A stretch of DNA of 64,000 nt from Halobacteriovoraceae bacterium (GTDB lineage Bacteria > Bdellovibrionota > Bacteriovoracia > Bacteriovoracales > Bacteriovoracaceae): the NCBI GenBank assembly GCA_963719505.1, contig CAVRCF010000001.1, positions 320,001 to 384,000 on the forward strand, in the 5' to 3' direction. Under the pieces are notes generated by a model. It was not told the origin of the DNA, searched no databases, and saw only the letters and a list, made by a program, of their open reading frames with translations. Both the position numbers and the translations under genes were made by a program. Below, piece after piece: positions 60,884 through 64,000 of the stretch. The stretch's first letter is position 1, and every line of letters begins with the position of its first letter.

Positions 60884-61983
60884 TGGCACGTAAAGTTACA
60901 TAAACTTCAGGTAACAAATTTTAGAAATCTATCAAATGACATTTTTGAATTTTCCGAAAATATAAATTGTATTTTCGGTGATAATGGAAACGGAAAAACT
61001 AATATCCTTGAAGCGATATAACTATCTTATAAACAGAAAGTCATTTCGTAAAAAATACAGCTTTTCCACAAATAATCAGTATCGAGTGTGAAAAACCTGA
61101 AATATTATTTTCTTCAATTTTAAAAGAAGAAGGAAATCTACTATCCATACACTGGCAAAGTGGTCTTTAAAATCTAGTGAGTGGTATATTGATAATGTTC
61201 CAACAAAAAAGAAGCCCAACCTTCATACAGTTTTTATTAATCCTTTTGACTCATATTCTTTTCATTCAATACCAGCGTTTAGAAGAGATTGGTTTGATGG
61301 TCATTTTTCAAAATTGAGTAAAGACTATAAAAAAACCTTAAAACAATTTAGTGATTCATTGAAATTTCGAAATAATCTCCTCTCAAAGAGACCACCGCAA
61401 TACAGAGAACAAATAAAAGCGATAAATCCCTCACTTGCAGAAAATACATTTAAACTTTTAAAACTCAGAGATGAATACGTTGCAGGAATAGAAAGTTATT
61501 GCACAAAAATATTTAAAGACATTTTTCACGAAGAGCATGAATTAGAAATAAAAATGGAATCAAAATTCCATGGAAAGTCGATTAAAGAAATTCACACTTT
61601 TTACGATGAATCAATTCAAAAAGACGAAATTATGTTCAAAACGCACTACGGAATTCACCGAGATGACTATGTGCTTCAATTTTGATGGATTTAATTCCTA
61701 TGAATATTGCTCTTTAGGACAACAAAAAATGAGCTTTCTGAGCCTTATATTTGCCTATATAGAGCTTTTTCGGTATAAATTTACCTCTTACCCTATTGTA
61801 CTAATTGACGATGTATCTGGGGAACTAGATAGTCGTCGTTGGAAAAACTTAATTTATTATCTTAGAGATAAAAAATTTCAAGTTATGATCACGACCGCGA
61901 ATGAAAATTTTAAGAAAGAACTTGAGAAAATAGAGGAATCAAGAAAGTTTTTTATATCCAACGGACATGTAGAGCAAAATTGA
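60883..61983 (+). CDS. recF: DNA replication/repair protein RecF (frame breaks)
   Basis: NFRNL, GDNGNGKTNILEA, GIHRDD, SLGQQK, LIDDVSGELD motifs. Confidence 0.92.
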
Positions 61984-62012
61984 TTCCATAGAGTGAAAGG
62001 GAGATTCATCAT

Positions 62013-64000
<1,988 letters not shown>

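Overview
AT-rich bacterial chromosomal window spanning the replication origin. Gene content and order (ychF-pth-prs-tRNA-Gln ... atpF'FHAGDC without atpB/E, bactofilin-parB-parA-rsmG-mnmG-mnmE-yidC-rnpA-rpmH | dnaA-oriC-dnaN-recF-gyrB) suggest a Bdellovibrionota, probably Bacteriovoracaceae/Halobacteriovorax-like, predator; this taxonomy is inference. Most of the window is housekeeping. hutU, atpD/G/A, dnaN, recF and gyrB are broken by indels that look like sequencing errors. Notable signals: (1) besides four parS-type sites, a second 16-bp palindrome family (TGSYYCKATRGGRSCA) occurs 9 times near the origin, five of them as an in-frame GPIEP repeat inside mnmE, and a small RacA-like HTH/coiled-coil gene lies nearby. 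(2) An uncharacterised envelope heme system sits between hutH and hutU: a DUF1585/1588-like cytochrome, two NQC lipoproteins and a Tat DUF1501-like protein, divergent from an LspA-HAMP fusion, a CxxCH beta-barrel and a TPR beta-barrel. (3) A carnosine N-methyltransferase (N2227)-like gene is translationally coupled to hutH. (4) A secreted protein with a prion-like tail sits behind a sigma28-like promoter. Family assignments come from motif recognition only; no searches were run.
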